Shown here one piece after another: positions 61,580 through 64,000 of a stretch of 64,000 nucleotides of DNA. Numbering within the stretch: position 1 is the stretch's first letter; each line of letters starts with the position of its first letter. This stretch comes from Mizuhopecten yessoensis. Taxonomy: Eukaryota. The DNA lies in contig NW_018408642.1 of the NCBI RefSeq assembly GCF_002113885.1, positions 211,064 to 275,063 on the forward strand, read 5' to 3'. Below the pieces are notes generated by a model. The model made no database searches. It was not told the DNA's origin and was given only the letters and a program-made list of their open reading frames with translations. The translations under genes were made by a program, and so were the position numbers.

Positions 61580-63520
61580 TGTTTTCTGTGAGATAGGATA
61601 TTGGTTAACGAAGTTTTCTCTTAGACAATTTTCTCTGAATTACGTTTCGTGAGATGAGTTTAATGTGAGATAGGATATGTGTGAGAGAAGTTTCCTTTGA
61701 GACAGGTTTCTCTGCGGTAGGTTTCTGTGAGATTTGTTTCCTGTGAGATAGGATATTTGTGAGAGAATATTTCTTTGAGACAGGTTTCTCTGAAGTAGGT
61801 TTCTGTGAGATGAGTTTACTGTGAGGTAGGTTTTTTGTGGTGTAGATTTCTTTGAAGAAGGTTTCAGTGAGGTAGATCTTCTTAGGGTAAGAGTTCTGTG
61901 AGGTAGGTTTCTCTGAGGTAGATCTTCTTTGGGTATGAGTTCTGTGAGGTAGGTTTCTCTGTGGTAGATTTTCTGGGGTAAGAGTTCTGTGAGGTAGGTT
62001 TCTCTGAGGTAGATCGTCTTTGGGTAAGAGTTCTGTGAGGTAGGTTTCTCCGAGTTAGATTTTCTTGGGTAGGCTTCTGTGAGGTAGTTTTTGTTATAAA
62101 GAAACAATTTTGTGAGGGAACTCTTTCTTAAGACAGGTTTATCTGAGCTAGGTTTCTGTGTTGTGGGTAAACAGTAAGGTAGGTTTTCTGTGATTTAGGT
62201 TTCTGTTTGGTAGATTTTCTGTGTGATAGGTTTTGGTGAGGTAGGTTGTTCTGTGGGGAAGATTTTCTGTGTGATAGGTTTTGGGGAGGTAGGTTGTTCT
62301 GTGGGGTAGAATTTCTGTGTGATAGGTTTTGGTGGGGTAGGTTGTTCTGTGGGGGAGATTTTCTGTGTGATAGGTTTTGGTGAGGTAGGTTGTTCTGTGG
62401 GGTAGATTTCTGTTTGGTAGATTTTCTGTATTGTAGGTTTTGGTGAGGTAGGTTGTTCTGTGGGGTAGATATTCTGTGTGATAGGTTTTGGTGAGGTAGG
62501 TTGTTCTGTGGGGTAGATTTTTTTTGTGTGATAGGTTTTGGTGAGGTAGGTTTTCTGTGATTTAGGCTTCTGTTTGGTAGATTTTCTGTGTGATAGGTTT
62601 TGGTGAGGTAGCTTGTTCTGTGGGGTAGATTTCTGTGTGATATGTTTTGGTGAGGTAGGTTGTTCTGTGGGGTAGAATTTCTGTGTGATAGGTTTTGGTG
62701 AGGTAGGTTGTTCTGTGGGGTAGATTTCTATAAAGTAGGTTTCTGTAAGGTAGGTTTCTGTGAAGAAGGTTTCAGTGTGGTAGATTTTCTTTAGGGAAAG
62801 GTTCTGTGAGAAAGGTTTTTGTGAAGGAAGTTTTCTTTGGGACAATAGGCTGCTGTGTGTTAGGTTTTATATGAGGAAACTTTATGTTAGGTAGGCAGGG
62901 GAGAATTCCAGTAATATCCAGAGATTTCTGTAAGTAAGGGTTCTGTGAGGTAGGTTTTCTGTGGTGTACATTTGTTATGAGGACGGTATTTTGTGAGGTA
63001 AGTTTATTTGGGGTCGATTTTGCTGTTATGTAGGTTTTTATGAGGCAGGTTTCTGTGAAGTCAGTATCTTTATGATTGATTTTCTGTGATGATGGTTCCC
63101 GTGAGGTAGGTTTTCTGTGAATGAAGTTTGTATGGGGCAAGTTGTTGTGAGGTAAAAGTTTCTGTGAGGCAGGTTTCCACATGACAGGTTTTAGTGAGGT
63201 TGATTTTCAGAGAGTTAGGTTTCTGTGAGGTGAGTTTATATCAGGTAGGTTTTTGTGAATTACATGTACGTTATTGTGAGGTGGGTTAATTATAAGGTAG
63301 GTTTCTGTCAGGTACGTTTCTATAAGGTAAATTTCTGTGTAGAAAGTTTGAGTTAGATGTTCTGAGATAGGTTTCTGTGAAGCAGTTTTTCGTTGAGATT
63401 TGACTTTTGTGTGTTAGGTTTCGTTTTTGTATGCTTTTCAGTGAGGACGTTGTTTGAGGTAGTATTATTGAGATATGAATTTTTAGGCTAATCTCTGCGA
63501 GGTTGTTTTTTCTGTAAGAT
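61580..63520. repeat. Degenerate (GGTAGGTTTCTGTGA)-type satellite with about 51-bp higher-order units at 62230-62720
   Basis: GT-rich about 15-bp core; explains the PTEQPTSPKPITQK ORFs. Confidence 0.9.
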
Positions 63521-64000
63521 TAGTTCTCTACTTGAAATTTGTGTTTTGTGTATGGGTTCGATCTTTACTCAGATAAACTGACTGGGAAGTAGATCACGAT
63601 TACCACTAGATATAACACGAACAAAACACAGCACGCCTCCCTGTATTAGTTGTTGTGTAGGTGAGAGATTTAAACAGTTAAGTATTAATGGCGTATTGTC
63701 TTGAGAGGGTGTATCACGTCCATGGTTAGGTCTAGGGCAGAGTTACCTTTGGTTTACCAGATCTCGGAACAGATAGTAAGACATCCACATAAAAGCTTGC
63801 TGACCAGCGTGTAACGTTAGTGTCACAGATACCAACCGTAATTGAAACATGTATGTGACTAGTTTAACTTGTCGAAAATCTGTAAACACATGCTGGGCAC
63901 TAAACACGTATCTCTAGAATACGGTTTATATGTACATGTTTAATATAAAAAATATACCTAAAAATATATGTTCCCACATAGATAATGTATGGCCAATTAA

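Noticed and set aside
62195-62845. Mucin-like PTEQPTSPKPITQK ORF
   Set aside because: Part of a longer degenerate satellite with frame-shifting units; no signal peptide or exon structure is visible.

Overview
AT-rich eukaryotic DNA with two assembly gaps (N 6150-6409, N 38701-38905); the repeat content suggests a bivalve mollusc (inference). Two intron-containing genes, both on the minus strand, can be spliced by hand. The first is a complete 12-exon ATG4A/B-type autophagy cysteine protease (CDS 22301->4558, 1188 nt, 395 aa) with an intact Cys/Asp/His triad and a C-terminal LIR. The second is a 6-coding-exon METTL24-like (Methyltransf_22/FkbM-like) type II membrane protein (52121->46864, 313 aa). 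The rest is minisatellites (about 19-64 bp units) and decayed mobile elements: BEL/Pao, Gypsy, a solo LTR with TSD, a Crypton-type tyrosine recombinase, Helentron-like satellite carriers, L1/Tx1, RTE-X-like, CR1-like and Penelope fragments, MITEs and SINE pieces. Most ORFs in the supplied track are repeat artefacts. The most unusual structure is ATG4 intron 10, where the exon end plus its 5' splice site has been tandemly amplified into a ladder of nine extra in-frame GT donors, and the 3' splice site is also duplicated. Next are a TRIM-like mini-LTR element whose terminal repeats carry a tRNA-like Pol III promoter, and fossil hammerhead ribozymes. All family assignments come from motif recognition; no database search was run.
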